Program-made: the position numbers and the translations under genes | Part shown: positions 1 to 11,461 of the stretch, piece after piece | Numbering within the stretch: the first letter of the stretch is position 1 | How the letters are laid out: every line of letters starts with the position of its first letter | The notes under the pieces: generated by a model | Databases searched by the model: none | Seen by the model: the letters and a program-made list of their open reading frames with translations, nothing else | Told to the model about the DNA's origin: nothing | Source: an uncultured Chloroflexia bacterium | GTDB lineage: Bacteria > Chloroflexota > Anaerolineae > JAAYZQ01 | Direction: 5' to 3' | Assembly (NCBI GenBank): GCA_963700285.1 | Contig: CAVOXA010000014.1 | Location: forward strand, 160,001 to 224,000 | DNA length: 64,000 nucleotides

Positions 1-175
1 AGTGCACGGGTAGGGGCCCCACCCACATGGTGAAATCCATCTCGTCGCTGTCGCCCATAATCCAGCAGAATCTCGGTCTCCCCCGTTCCATCCAACCCTA
101 CTCCTTCCCTGCCCTCACGCACGGTAATGCGTCCAATCCTATCGTTGTCGCAACGCGTTTGCCGACGGGCCTCGC

Positions 176-1018
176 CTACTCCTGCGCCTTGATGGCCACA
201 AAGCCGACGGCACCCGGACCGATGTGGGTGCCAATCACAGGTGTTACCTCGGCGGACAGGGACAACACGCCCTCGGGATCCAGGTATCTGGCCTCGCGCC
301 CCAGCGCTTCCGCTTCTTCGGGCGCGTGGGTGTGGACCAGAGCCAGTTCCTCAAGCGATCCCAGTCCACTCAGCAGCTCGATCACTCGGGCCAGGGCCGC
401 CTTGCGCGTGCGCACCCGTTCCATGTCGAATTCCCCGTTGTTCATCTTGAGCAGCGGCTTGATCTGTAGTACCGAAGCGAGGCCGGATTGGAATCGGGTC
501 AGGCGCCCACTGCGGCGCAGGTACTCTACGGTATCCAGGGCGGCGAAGCAATAGGTGCGCGCTGCCAGGTCTTCGAGGAGGGCCACGATCTCGTCCATGG
601 TGCGCCCCTCGGCAGCAGCCCTTGCTGCCGCCAGCACCTGCAGGCCGGTGCCCAGCGTCAAGTTTCCCGAATCAAAGACGGTCACCGGCAGCTTGTCCCA
701 CTCTTCCGCCGCCAGGCGGGCCGAGTTCACCATGGCGCTCAGACTGCCGGCTACGTGTATGGCCAGGATCTCGGTCGCTCCCTCGGCAGCCAGCTTGTCA
801 AACGTCTCAATGAACGTCCCCGGCCCGGGAACCGACGTCATCGGATGGCTATCGAAATGGGGCAAGCCCTCGTAGAACTCCTGGCGCGACATCGTGACAC
901 CATCCAGGTAGCTTTCGGAGCCGATGTTGATGTACATCGGCACGACGGTGATGCCATACTCGTCTACCATCGCCTGGGGAAGATCGCAGTTGCTGTCGGT
1001 GACAATCCTTATAGACAT
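176..1018 (-). CDS. DegV family fatty acid-binding protein
   Basis: Starts IRIVTDSNCDLP, contains TSVPGPG, SLSAM, DSGN, LRRSGR and IKPLL, ends IGTHIGPG, all typical DegV motifs. GAGGAGG RBS upstream of the ATG at 1018. Confidence 0.93.
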   Translation of the reverse strand: MSIRIVTDSNCDLPQAMVDEYGITVVPMYINIGSESYLDGVTMSRQEFYEGLPHFDSHPMTSVPGPGTFIETFDKLAAEGATEILAIHVAGSLSAMVNSARLAAEEWDKLPVTVFDSGNLTLGTGLQVLAAARAAAEGRTMDEIVALLEDLAARTYCFAALDTVEYLRRSGRLTRFQSGLASVLQIKPLLKMNNGEFDMERVRTRKAALARVIELLSGLGSLEELALVHTHAPEEAEALGREARYLDPEGVLSLSAEVTPVIGTHIGPGAVGFVAIKAQE

Positions 1019-1066
1019 CAGCTCATCCCTCCTCGATAATTGGCCTACAAGCCCTTCCATGAGGGC

Positions 1067-1095
1067 ATTATAGCACGTTGTCATGGTTTTGTCAA
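1067..1095 (-). promoter_or_regulatory. sigma70-type promoter for DegV gene
   Basis: Minus strand reads TTGACA-17 bp-TATAAT with extended -10 TG, directly upstream of the gene. Confidence 0.8.
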
Positions 1096-1177
1096 TAGTT
1101 TGGACAGGTTTCTGGAGTTAAACTTGCATTAAAACTGGGCACAACCTTGACAACCAGCAAGGCATGGAGGTTCTGAT

Positions 1178-1673
1178 ATGAATCACCAACGGATCGAGCC
1201 TGGACCCGGTCAGGAATCGGTGTGGGATTATCCTCGTCCGCCGCGCGTTGAAGAGACAGCGCGGCATGTGAAGGTCGTTTTCGACGGTGAGGTGATCGCC
1301 GATACGCGCCGGGCGAGGCGGGTGCTGGAGACGAGCCATCCACCCGTCTACTACATCCCGCCGGAGGACGTCCGGATGGAATACCTGACCGAGACGGGCC
1401 GCCGCACCTGGTGCGAGTGGAAAGGGCAGGCCGGCTACTACAGCCTACGGCGTAAGCGGGCGGCGAGTGGAGAATGCTGCCTGGTTTTATCCACAACCCA
1501 CCACCGGCTACAAAGAGATCCAAGGACACGTGGCCTTTTACCCGGGAAAGATGGATGCCTGTTACGTGGATGGCGAGCGGGTCCAGGCTCAGCCCGGCGA
1601 CTTTTACGGCGGCTGGATCACCGGTGACATCGTGGGACCGTTCAAGGGCGAGCCGGGAACGGCGGGCTGGTAG
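1178..1673 (+). CDS. DUF427 domain protein (one apparent frameshift near 1450)
   Basis: ESVWDYPRPP, VLETSHPPVYYIP and WCEWKGQAGYY in ORF 1178..1627 continue as NAAWFYP...PGDFYGGWIT in ORF 1467..1673. Confidence 0.88.
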
Positions 1674-1723
1674 CCCTGCACACCCTGGTGGCAGCATTGC
1701 AGTGCGCCCTTGTGACAGTTTCA

Positions 1724-2610
1724 CTACCGTCTGGGTGAGAATCGAGGTCGGGGGATCAGCACCGGGGTGCGTTCCTTGTAGGCCTCGTAGTCCTCCTGGC
1801 CGCCCCATTTCTCGTCGGCCCTTTTCTCCAGCATGGGCACGCCGCTGACGCGGGTGAGCAGCAGGGTGACAAATACCGGGGAGATCAGGGTGACCCACTG
1901 CCAGCCCCGCAGGACGGGCAGGGCGATGATGGCCACGCCGATCCAGAGCACGATCTCGCCAAAGTAGTTGGGGTGGCGGGACCAGGCCCACAGACCGCTG
2001 TCGATGAATCTGCCCTTGTTCGCCGGATCCGCCCGGAAGCGGCTCTTCTGGGCGTCGGCCGCCGCCTCGAACGCGAACCCGAGCAGCCAGACCACAAAGC
2101 CGACCAGCGCAAACAGGCCCAGCTCCTTGCGGGTGGTCGTGGTGATGGCCGCCAGCGCGGCGGCCAGCGTGAGGGTCACCCACAAGCCCCTGCAGGGTCC
2201 AGGTCAGCAGGAAGCGGGGGAAGGAGGGCTTGATCTCGTCAAAGCGGGCGTCCTTGCCTGCCTTGCGGATGCGGCGGAACAGGAAGGTGCCCAGGCGGAC
2301 CGCCCAGATCACCACCAGGCCCAGCAGCAAGAGTCGACCGGCCATCGACGACCGGGCTGAGCAGCACCGCAATGGCCGTCACCGAGATGTAGGTGATGCT
2401 GCCGGTGAGGTCAAAGAACTGCTCGCTCTGCAGCAGGTAGGCCGGGATGAAGGCCAGCCACTGGATCAGGAAGGCCAGCCCCACACACAGGGCAAAGACC
2501 GGGATGCCGGCGACCGTGGCGCCCCCCTGGCTGCCGGCCCAGGCGATCCCCACACCGACCAGGACGATGACGGGCAGGGCGAGCAATGAGTTACGATCTG
2601 CTTTCTTCAT
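1724..2610 (-). CDS. DUF1295 / steroid 5-alpha-reductase-like membrane protein (frameshifted)
   Basis: SEQFFDLTGSITY, WAVRLGTFLFRRI..GKDARFD and GLWAWSRHPNYFGE..SGVPMLEK are spread over three overlapping ORFs. Confidence 0.88.
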
Positions 2611-2816
2611 AGGGTTCTCTGTCCTCTCTGCCCCAGCGGATCGGTGGGGCAGGCCACCATCTGGACAATCCAGATGACTTGTCTGGAGAATTATATCACA
2701 GATTGACCGAGACCGCCAGCTTTCCGGCCGGACTTCCAGCAAGACGCCCGTGTACTTCGTCCTCGATTGGTCGTCGCTCGTTGGTCCATAACTCAGCCGG
2801 AGCATCGTTCCGCCCC

Positions 2817-5800
2817 TCAATGCGGCTCGATGACCACATCCTGCCAGAACCAATTCCTGAGGGAGGAGGCGGGGCTCTTTTTCACCCAGGGCTTGACCAG
2901 CAGATGCCGGCGCATATAGATCAGGGGAAGTATCGCAGCCTGCTCAAGCGCGATCTTGTCTGCCTGCTGATACAGCACCATCCTATCCCGCTGATCTGTG
3001 AGACGCCTGGCCTTCTCCACCAGATCGAGAAACCCCTCGTGCTGCCAGCTCCCTCGGGTCCAGCGGCGCATGCCCACCCGCAGGGGATTGTCCGGGTCGG
3101 CATAGTCGGTGACCCACGCCCCGAGCCACATGTGGGGAAGCTCTTCGTCCAGCATACTGAGATAATTTGCCCAGTCCAGCGATGAGGCCAGGGTGACAGG
3201 AACCTCGAGGCTCTCCTGCCACATGATGAGGGGAACCTCGCCAAAAGGCTCCCTGCCTCGCCACACCGGCAGTTCAATCTCCGGGAAGCCTCGCCCACCC
3301 GGAAAGCCAGCCTCGGCCAGGAGAGCGCGCGCGCGGTTGAGGTCATAAGGCAGGCCGATATTCGGAGAATGACCAGGCATCGTCGGTGGTATTACTCCCC
3401 CGGTGGCCGGAAAATAGTGTCCCCGGAAGGCGACATCCGCCAGCGTCTCCCTGTCCGTAGCCAGGGCAAAGGCCTGTCGCACACGCACGTCGTCAAATGG
3501 GGGGCGGCTTGCATCGAAAGCGATGTGAAAGTGCCCCGGCACGGGGACCGATACGTATTCATCTGCAAGTCGCTGTCTCAGGCCCTCCACTTCTGGCTCC
3601 GGAAACCCCAAGGTCTCCAGGATGTCGAGATCGCCAGCCTCGTACATCTCCAGCTTGCGAGGCCATGCCTCGAGCGGAAGCACCCAAACCTCCACACGAT
3701 CTACGTTGCCTGAACAGAGACCATGATATCGACGATTGCGCGCCAGGACCAGCCGTTCTCCCGGCTGCCAATTCTCCAGCATAAAGGGGCCATTCGTCAC
3801 GATGTTTCCTGCTGCTGCCCAGGCATCGCCGTAGGCCTCCACGATGTGCCGGGGTACCGGCAAGAGGAATGGCAGCAACTGAAGGAAATGGCCGGTTGGC
3901 CGCTCCAGTTCAACAACAAGGGTTGTGGCATCCAGCGCCTGGATCGCCACTTGGTCCGGATCTGTTTCCTGACCCTGGTGGTAGGCCCGGGCTCCCCGGA
4001 TATCGTGCAGCCCCTGTGCAGCGGCCGATCCAGTCGCTGGATCCAGGATGCGCTTCCAGCTGTATTCAAAATCGTGCGCCGTCACCTGGACGCCATCGCT
4101 CCACCACACATCGTCCCGCAGGTGAAAGCGATACTTGCGGCCTCCTCCAGGACCTCCCAGCTCAGGGCCATATCGGGAACGATATCCATCTCCGGGGTCA
4201 GGATCGCCAGCCCGCTGAATAGATGCTGGATCACTTGGGCTGAGTCATCGTCGTTGACCGCAGTCGGATCCAGAGTGAGAAGGACCCCGATGGATACTCT
4301 GAGGGCATGGGGGGCAGGTCGCAACAGGATAGAAGGCTGTGGCCTTCCTGCCTTTTGCCACATGGCGAAACCGTCGTCGTAGGCCTGGCGGGCCTGGCGA
4401 AAGTCAAAGGCATTGTGGTGGGTCAGGCCCAACTTCATCAGCGTCCGGGCTGCCTGCTCATGGTCCCCACGCTCCTTGAGAAAAGCCAGCGCCCGCTCGT
4501 AGGCGCGGATCGCCTCCGGATGGGCGTACAGACCCCGCGCCCTGTCCCCTGCCTGGAGCAGATACCCCACAGCTTCGCCGCTGCGCCCGGCCAGCGCCAG
4601 GTGGTCGGCGATCAGACCCGTGTACTCGGCAACCCGCTCCCCACCCTGCTCCAGCAGCCAGTCGGCGACCAGGCCATGGTACACCCGCCGCTCCCGTCTC
4701 AATACGCTCTCGTAGCTGATCTCCCGCAGCATGTTGTGCTTAAAGATGTACTCCTGGGCATCCGCAAAGGTGGACGTCTCCCGCTGGAAGACCAGCTCTC
4801 TGCCCCGAAGAGCCGACAACTTTTCCTCCACCTCCGCGTCCGTTATCCCCTCACCGGCCGACTGGTTTATGCGGGCCACGGCCTGATCCCAGAACAACCG
4901 CCCCACCACCGACGCCTGCTGCAGCACCGTCCGCTCAACCGCCGGCAGGAGGTCCAACCGGGCCTGCAACACACCGGTCAGGGTGGGCGGCACCCGGACT
5001 TCCGCCAAACGCGCAGTCTCCAGCCGCCACTCCGTCCCACTCTTGACGATCACACCATCCTCAACGAGCATCTTGATCAGCTCTTCGATGAAGAAAGGAT
5101 TGCCCTCCGCCCCGGAGACCACGAGGTCGAGCAGCGCTTTTGGTGGGTGGTCCATCCTTCGCAGGATCTGGGCTACCAAGCGCCGGCTATCCCACTTGGA
5201 CAGGGGATCCAAGTCAAGGCGGCTGTGGAAGGGCTGGCCCTCACCCCAGCGAGGCCGCCGCTCAAAGAGCGACGGGCGCGCCGCACCGACGGTCATCACC
5301 GGCTGGCCTTCCAGGGCCAGGACCAGGTGGTTCACCGCATCCAACGAGCTTTCGTCCGCCCAGTGCAGATCCTCCAGCAGAACCAACACCGGACCCTGGG
5401 CAGCCATGCCCCGGAAATAATCAGCCAGGTTCGCCAGCCCCCGGTTGCGGACCTCCTGGGCATCGCTCAGCACGCCGTCCGGCTGTGGGCTTTCCCCAAG
5501 CTCAAACCCGAGCAGGTAGCCAATGAGATGAGCCGCGCTTTGACTCTCACTGGAGCCGCCCAGGGCCGCTGCCACGCCTGCGTCGAGCTTCTCTCGTACC
5601 TGTGCCGGCGGGTCACTGTCCAGGATCTCGAAGCGAAAGGCCAGCAGGTCACGGATCAGCCGGTAGGGCAGGTTCTGCATCTCCTGGCTGGCGCGCCCCT
5701 TGAAATAGTAAAACTGCTGGGGCAGCAACTCGGACCACAAGTCGAACTCATAGAGCAGCCGCGACTTGCCGACACCGGCCTCGCCGCTGACGGTCACCAT

Positions 5801-6761
5801 CTGCAGCTCACCGTCCTCCATCGCCGTGTAAAAGGCATCCTGCAGGCGCTTCAACTCCGCTTCCCGGCCCACCATGCGCGTCTCTATACCTTCCACGCCC
5901 CGTTCCGGCTTGCGAAAAGCCCTCGCTTTGGCCCGCTCCACCAGGTAGGTCTGGACTGGCACCGACCGGCCTTTGACGTGTAACGGTTCCTGGGGCTGGA
6001 CATCAAAGACGCCGCGCACATGACGGTAGGTATCGTGGCTGATCAGGATGCCGCCCGACGGCGCGTTCTGCTCCATGCGGCGCCGCCAGGTTGACCGCGT
6101 CACCCATGGCCGTATACTCGACCCTGAGATCGGTGCCCACTTCGCCGACGACCACCAGCCCGGTGTTGATACCCACCCGCACGGCAAAGCCCCGGATCCC
6201 GCGCTCCCGCTCCAACTTGATGCCGTACTCCTGAGCCCCTGCGATGATGTCCAGTGCAGCCTTGCAGGCGCGCTCCGGGTCATCCTCGTGGGCGATGGGC
6301 GCTCCGAAAAAGGCCAGGATGGCGTCACCCATCAGCCGAGCAACAGTTCCCTCCTGGCGATAGATCGGCCCCATCAGGACATCAAAGGCGCCATCCATGA
6401 TCTCGAGCCATTCCTCCGGGTCCAGCTCCTCGGCCAAAGCCGTCGAACTCTTGATATCGGAAAACAGAATCGTGACCATGCGGCGTTCGCGGCTCAGGCG
6501 ACCGCGGGTGGCCTGCAGCCGGTCGGCGTACTCTCTCGGTACCAGGCGGTGCAGCCGCTCTGCAACGGCATCGGAAGAGCCACTGGCTTGGACGTCCACC
6601 TCCGCCGCTATCTCGCCGCCGCACACGAAGCAAAAGCGTGCATCCGGATCAGGCGGCAGATCTGTTCCACACTGGGGACATACCAGGGACAGCTTGGACC
6701 CACACCTCATGCAGAAACTAGCGCCGTCAGGGTTCCATTTTTCGCATTGCGAACAGCGCAT
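2817..6761 (-). CDS. Double Zn-ribbon / class III nucleotidyl cyclase / STAND (AAA_16) ATPase / TPR / family-5 solute-binding domain fusion, copy 1 (two apparent frameshifts)
   Basis: CxxC pairs at the N-terminus. Cyclase motifs FSDIKSST, RLMGD, GINTG, VNLAA. Walker A GEAGVGKS, Walker B LEDLHWAD, GNPFF. Short TPR region, then TLDP...LFSGL, VTAHDF, TNGPF and PPFDDVRVRQAFA (OppA-like). Joined from ORFs 6003..6761, 4082..6328 and 2817..4109; the intact paralogue at 11462 supports the join. Confidence 0.85.
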
Positions 6762-6874
6762 CGTACCCCCTCAGCAATGGCAATGCCAGACCGGTCCAAC
6801 CCATTTTACATCAGATCCCGAAATAGGCCAAGGTCCAGTTCCGAAGGCTTGAGCTTGGCGTTCGGCGAATGCCA

Positions 6875-7927
6875 TCACGTCTCATGCAGCCGTGGATCAA
6901 GGGCATCCCGCAGCCCATCGCCAACAAAGTTGAAGGCCAGCGTCAGCAGGGTCAGCGCCAGGCCGGGCACTAGGACCAGGTGCGGGTTGGAGCGAAGGCC
7001 GGGATAACCCTCCTGGATCATGGCCCCCCAGCTTGGCGTCGGCGGGTTCACGCCCAGCCCGATGAAGCTCAGCGCCGCCTCGGCAAAGATAAAGCCGGGG
7101 ATGGCCAAGGTGGCGACCACCAGTAGGGGACCGATGGTGCTGGGCAGCAGGTGCCGAAACAGGATGCGCATCCTGCCCGCGCCGATGGCCCGGGCGGCCA
7201 GGACGAATTCCCGCTCCTTGTGGCTAAGCACCTGTCCCCGGGCCAGACGGGCGATGCCCAACCAGCTCAGCGCCCCCAGCGCGATGAACAAGAAGAGCAG
7301 CCCGCCCAGGGCATTGTTGGCCCCTATGAGAAAGCCGGCAGGACCGGTCGCCCCCTGGCGCGAGAGGGCCTTGAAATAGACCTGGAGCAGGATGATCAAC
7401 GTCAGCCCGGGGATGGCGTACAGAAAATCGACCACGCGCATCAGGGCCTCGTCCGTCCGCCCGCCGCTGTAGCCCGAAACAGCGCCATAGATGACCCCGA
7501 CGGCCAGGCTCACGGCCGTTGCCACAAAGGCCACGGCCAGGGAGACGCGGGCGCCGTAGACGGTCCGGCTCCAGAGATCGCGGCCCAGCCCGTCGGAGCC
7601 AGCAAGGAAGACTGTGCACGCTGGCTGCAAAGGGGTCCCGGCCCAGTGGCATTTCACCAGATGGTCCTCGTCGACACCGTAGCGGGTGAAGGGTTTGGCT
7701 CGACCGTTGGCGGTGTTCAGCGCGGCATAGTCATAAGGCGTGATGCAGGGAGCGATGATGGCCAGGAACACGACCAGAGCAATGAAAAGCGCTCCGGCCA
7801 CGGCCACCCTGTTGCGGCGAAACTGGCGCCAGGCATCTGTTACCGGACCCCGGCCCGTGCGCAGTTGATCCTGAACCCGTACTGCTGCTGGCCCCTCGTC
7901 TGCCATACTCACCAACGCTTCAGTCAT
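6875..7927 (-). CDS. oppC: Peptide ABC transporter permease OppC/DppC family
   Basis: AWRQFRRNRVAVAG, GSDGLGRD, GARVSL, EFVLAARAIGA (EAA-like motif), EAALSFIGLG..PTPSWG, GDGLRDALDPR. Confidence 0.92.
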   Translation of the reverse strand: MTEALVSMADEGPAAVRVQDQLRTGRGPVTDAWRQFRRNRVAVAGALFIALVVFLAIIAPCITPYDYAALNTANGRAKPFTRYGVDEDHLVKCHWAGTPLQPACTVFLAGSDGLGRDLWSRTVYGARVSLAVAFVATAVSLAVGVIYGAVSGYSGGRTDEALMRVVDFLYAIPGLTLIILLQVYFKALSRQGATGPAGFLIGANNALGGLLFLFIALGALSWLGIARLARGQVLSHKEREFVLAARAIGAGRMRILFRHLLPSTIGPLLVVATLAIPGFIFAEAALSFIGLGVNPPTPSWGAMIQEGYPGLRSNPHLVLVPGLALTLLTLAFNFVGDGLRDALDPRLHET

Positions 7928-8163
7928 GGGTGCGCCCTGGTCATTGCGCTCTGGGTCTAGGACTGGCAGGATCACTGCCACCCTCAACCTAGTCTTTGAA
8001 GAGGACACATGGCAATGCTATCACTGATTGGGTCCCGGGAGTCCCCAGCTTGCTGGGGTTCTTGCCCTCCGGGGACAGTCGCCCAGAGCAGGGCTTTGAC
8101 CTTGGCACAGGCGGACGCCCGGAACCACCACCGAGGGTCATCTATCAGACCAACAGTATCCCA

Positions 8164-9136
8164 TCAGTCGTACCGGATCCGTGGATCCAGCCAGGCGTAC
8201 ATGATGTCGACCATCAAGTTCCCGGCAACCAGGAATAGCGCATAGATCAGGGTGATGCTGGTCAGCAGAAAGTACTCGCGACTGCCGACGCTCTCCACGA
8301 ACTTTCGGCCCAGGCCGTCCAGGGCAAAGATCTGCTCGACGATGAAAGTCCCGGTGAGGACTCCGGCCAGGAGCGGGCCCAGGATGGTGGCCAAGGGGAT
8401 CATGGCGTTCTTGAGCACGTGGCGCAGTAGGACCCATTCCTCGCGCACGCCCTTGGCCCGGGCCGTCCGGGTATAGTCCTCGGACAGTACCTCCAGCATG
8501 CTGGCCCGCAGCAGGCGGGCGATACCGGCCGACAGCCCCAGACCCAGGGCGAGCACGGGCAGCACGGCATGCCGCCAGAAATCGGCCGTCGGCCGCGGCA
8601 GGAAACCCAGGATGTAGGGTGGCTCGGCCCCCCAGAAGGCGATGGGGAACCAGTCGAGGCGCAGGCCCAGAATCAGGATCAGCGCTGGACCCAGGACGAC
8701 GACGGGCATCGACGCGCCCAGCACGGCGAAAAAGGTGGCCGAATGGTCGACGAATGTGTTTCGCCGCCAGGCCGCGATCAAGCCGGCCGGCATGCCGATG
8801 GCGAAACCCACGAGCAGGGCCAAAACCCCGAGTTGGATGGAGACCGGCAGCGTGCGGGCCACCACGTCGTTCACCGTCTGGCCCGGCATGTGCAGCATGG
8901 GCCCCAGATCACCACGCAGCAGGTTGCCCATGTAGGCGCAGGAATTGCTCTGGCCAGAGGCCGGTCCAGGCCGTAGCGCTTCTCCATGACTAGACGGATG
9001 GATCGGGCATGTCCTTCTGGCCCATGGTGGAGAAGGGACCGCCGGGCAGGGCCTGGATCAGGGCAAAGGTCGCCGCGGCGATGGCAAAAAGTACCGGAAC
9101 CGACAGGAGCAACCGCCGGACAATGTGCCGGGTCAC
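8164..9136 (-). CDS. oppB: Peptide ABC transporter permease OppB/DppB family (frameshifted near N-terminus)
   Basis: GTG start overlaps the oppA stop. IVRRLLLSVPVL..LPGGPF, GDLG, EDYTRTARAKG, HVLKNAMIP, VEQIF, LDPRIRY. Confidence 0.9.
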
Positions 9137-11319
9137 CGGCGGGCTGCCTGCTTTGCTTCCCAGTCGATGGTCCAGTTGTGGAAGTGCATGCTGAAGGGAT
9201 CCTCTGGCCCCTGATCGAGCCAAGAGTGCACGGCCTCGATCGACATGTCCACGGTGAGGGGGATGAAGGGCAGATCGCCCTCTGGGCCGAAAAAGCCCTC
9301 TTCGATCTGGCGGTAGAGCGCGATCCGGCGGTCCGGGTCTGGCTCTTCCCGCGCCTGAACGATCAGATCGTCGAGCGCCCCACATTCCCGGCCACGCGCC
9401 GGCATTGTGCCACTCTTGCACCACAGCACATCCCCAACCCAGTTGTTCTCGTCAGGATAGTCGGCGGCCCAGCCCATCGTCCACAAGTGGGGCCGCGTTT
9501 CCGCTGGCCCCCGAGCGGCGTCCATCCGCTCGCGGAAGGACAGTTGCTCAACCTGGATCATTTCCGGGCTGCAGCCCAGGTGTTCCACCCATTGGGCCTG
9601 CGCGTATTCACCGTTGGGCAGCGCATCGGGGCCAGGACCGATCATCAGCGTCACCTGGGGAAAGCCGGCGCAGTCCGGGTATCCAGCCTGAGCCAGTTGC
9701 TCTCGAGCGAACTCGGGATCGAAGCCGACCCCACCTCGTAGATGGGCGGGGCGCCAAAGATGCCCGGAGGGGCAAAGTGCACCATCGGCAGGCCTGACCC
9801 TGCATCACCTCCTCTGCGAGGGTCTGGCGGTCAAAGGCCGCGTTAAAGGCCCGACGCACATGCACATTGTCGAAGGGCGGCTTGTCGCGGGCGAAGCCAA
9901 GATAGAGCACCGCCGGATCGGGCACCGGATCCCCTTCGTCCGGGAACTGCTCCAGGTGCGCCTGCAGCTCCAGATCCGGGATCCCGAGACATCCACCTCA
10001 TTGTTGAGCCACAGGGCATAGCCGGTGACTCAGGTCGGGCACCACTCTGACCACGGTGCGCTCGATGTTGCCGCTACCGCGCAGGTCCTGGGGCATCAGC
10101 GGGTTGCGCCACAGGCTGCTGCGAACCCCACGCTGCCACTCGTGCAGCACGAAGCGGCCGTTGGTGACAATGCTTGCCCGGCTCTATCCAGGCTTCGCCG
10201 TGCTCCTCGACGGCCCACTGAGGCGTCGCCGCCAGCGTCCACATGGGCGTCATCGACAGAAAGTAGCTGGCCGGAAACGCCAGCTCGATGACCAGCGTGT
10301 CGTCCGCCGGCCCGGACCCCGATGGCCTCGACCAGTTCCGGCGGGATCGCAGCCGGATCTTCCGCGTACAGGACCTCTTCGCAGCCTTTAATCAGGGGCG
10401 CGACCACAGCGCTATAGTAGGAACCAACGTCGGGATCGCAGGCGCGCTTGATAGCGTATGCGAAATCGTGGGCCGTAACGGTGCGGGGCTTGCCTGCCTC
10501 GTCCAGCACTTGCCTCGTCTCGCCCGTGTCCGGGTCGTGGCGGACCCAGGGGATGTCGGTGCGCAGCTTGAAGGTGTAGACCAGGCCGTCGTCGCTGACC
10601 TGCCAGCTCTCTGCTACCTCGGGTACGAGCTCGAGCGTCTCTGGATCCCGGTCGGTGAGGTTCATGAACAGGTTTTCGATTTCGTCGAACGAGACCACGT
10701 CGCTGGCCAGTTGAGGGACATGGGCCGGGACGTCGGCATACAGCACGGCCTCGCAGCCCTTGATCAGCGGCGCTACCACGCTGCTGTAGTAACTGCCCAG
10801 GTTGGGATCGCAAGCGCGCTTGATGGCGTAGGCGAAATCGTGGGCCGTCACAAAGCGGGGGTTGCCCGCCTCGTCCAGCACCTGCTCCGTGTCGCCCGTG
10901 TCCGGGTCGTGGCGCACCCAGGGGATGTCAGGCCGCAGCTCGAAGGTGTAGACCAGGCCGTCGTCGCTGACCTGCCAGCTCGTAGCGGCCTCGGGCACGA
11001 ATTCGAGAGACTCCGGGTCGCGGCTCGTCAAGCTGACAAACAGGTTCTCGACAAAGTCGATCGAGCCCGCGTCATCGGCCAATTGCGGATCAAGGGTGGA
11101 GATCTCTGTGGTACGATAGCCATCAAAGGTCACAGGCTCCTGCGACGCCGACGGCGATGGCACGGCCGTCAGAGCGGGCGACGGAGCCTGCTCTCCGGTA
11201 GATGAAAGTACTGCAGTCTCCCCCAGGACCGCCGGCTCCGGGGTCGAAGCGCAGCCGGCCAGTACCATTGCCGCCAAGATCAAGGGCAACCGCAAACTTG
11301 GGTATCTCCTCTTTATCAT
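9133..11319 (-). CDS. oppA: Lipoprotein peptide-binding protein OppA family with internal duplication (frameshifted in C-terminal half)
   Basis: Lipobox LAGC. TLDPQL..ENLF, ATSWQVSDDGLVYTF, VTAHDFAYA, PPFDNVHVRRAF, WAADYPD. Pieces lie in ORFs 10096..11319, 9608..9925 and 9133..9654. Confidence 0.85.
10357..11049 (-). repeat. Diverged in-frame tandem duplication within oppA, 372-bp period
   Basis: ENLFVSLTSRDPESLEFVPEAATSWQVSDDGLVYTF...KGCEAVLYAD recurs as ENLFMNLTDRDPETLELVPEVAESWQVSDDGLVYTF...KGCEEVLYAED. Confidence 0.93.
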
Positions 11320-11461
11320 CTCTTCCTCTTTCCAGCTCAGATTCCTACTCGAAAGTCTCAGAGAAGCGCCGAGACCGGCCAGTGTTCAGTGACGAATGGC
11401 CAAGGGATAGTGGGCCATCCCATGTCCATCCTCCCCCATCCACCGCTCCTGCTTCCTCCCC

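Noticed and set aside
1-91. Start of a minus-strand gene running off the window
   Set aside because: An RBS and ATG are present, but about 30 codons are too few to identify or support a call.
4307-5983. 558-aa plus-strand ORF and similar long antisense ORFs (e.g. 43965..45230, 10288..11205)
   Set aside because: These are shadow ORFs opposite well-supported genes in high-GC DNA and have no motifs of their own.
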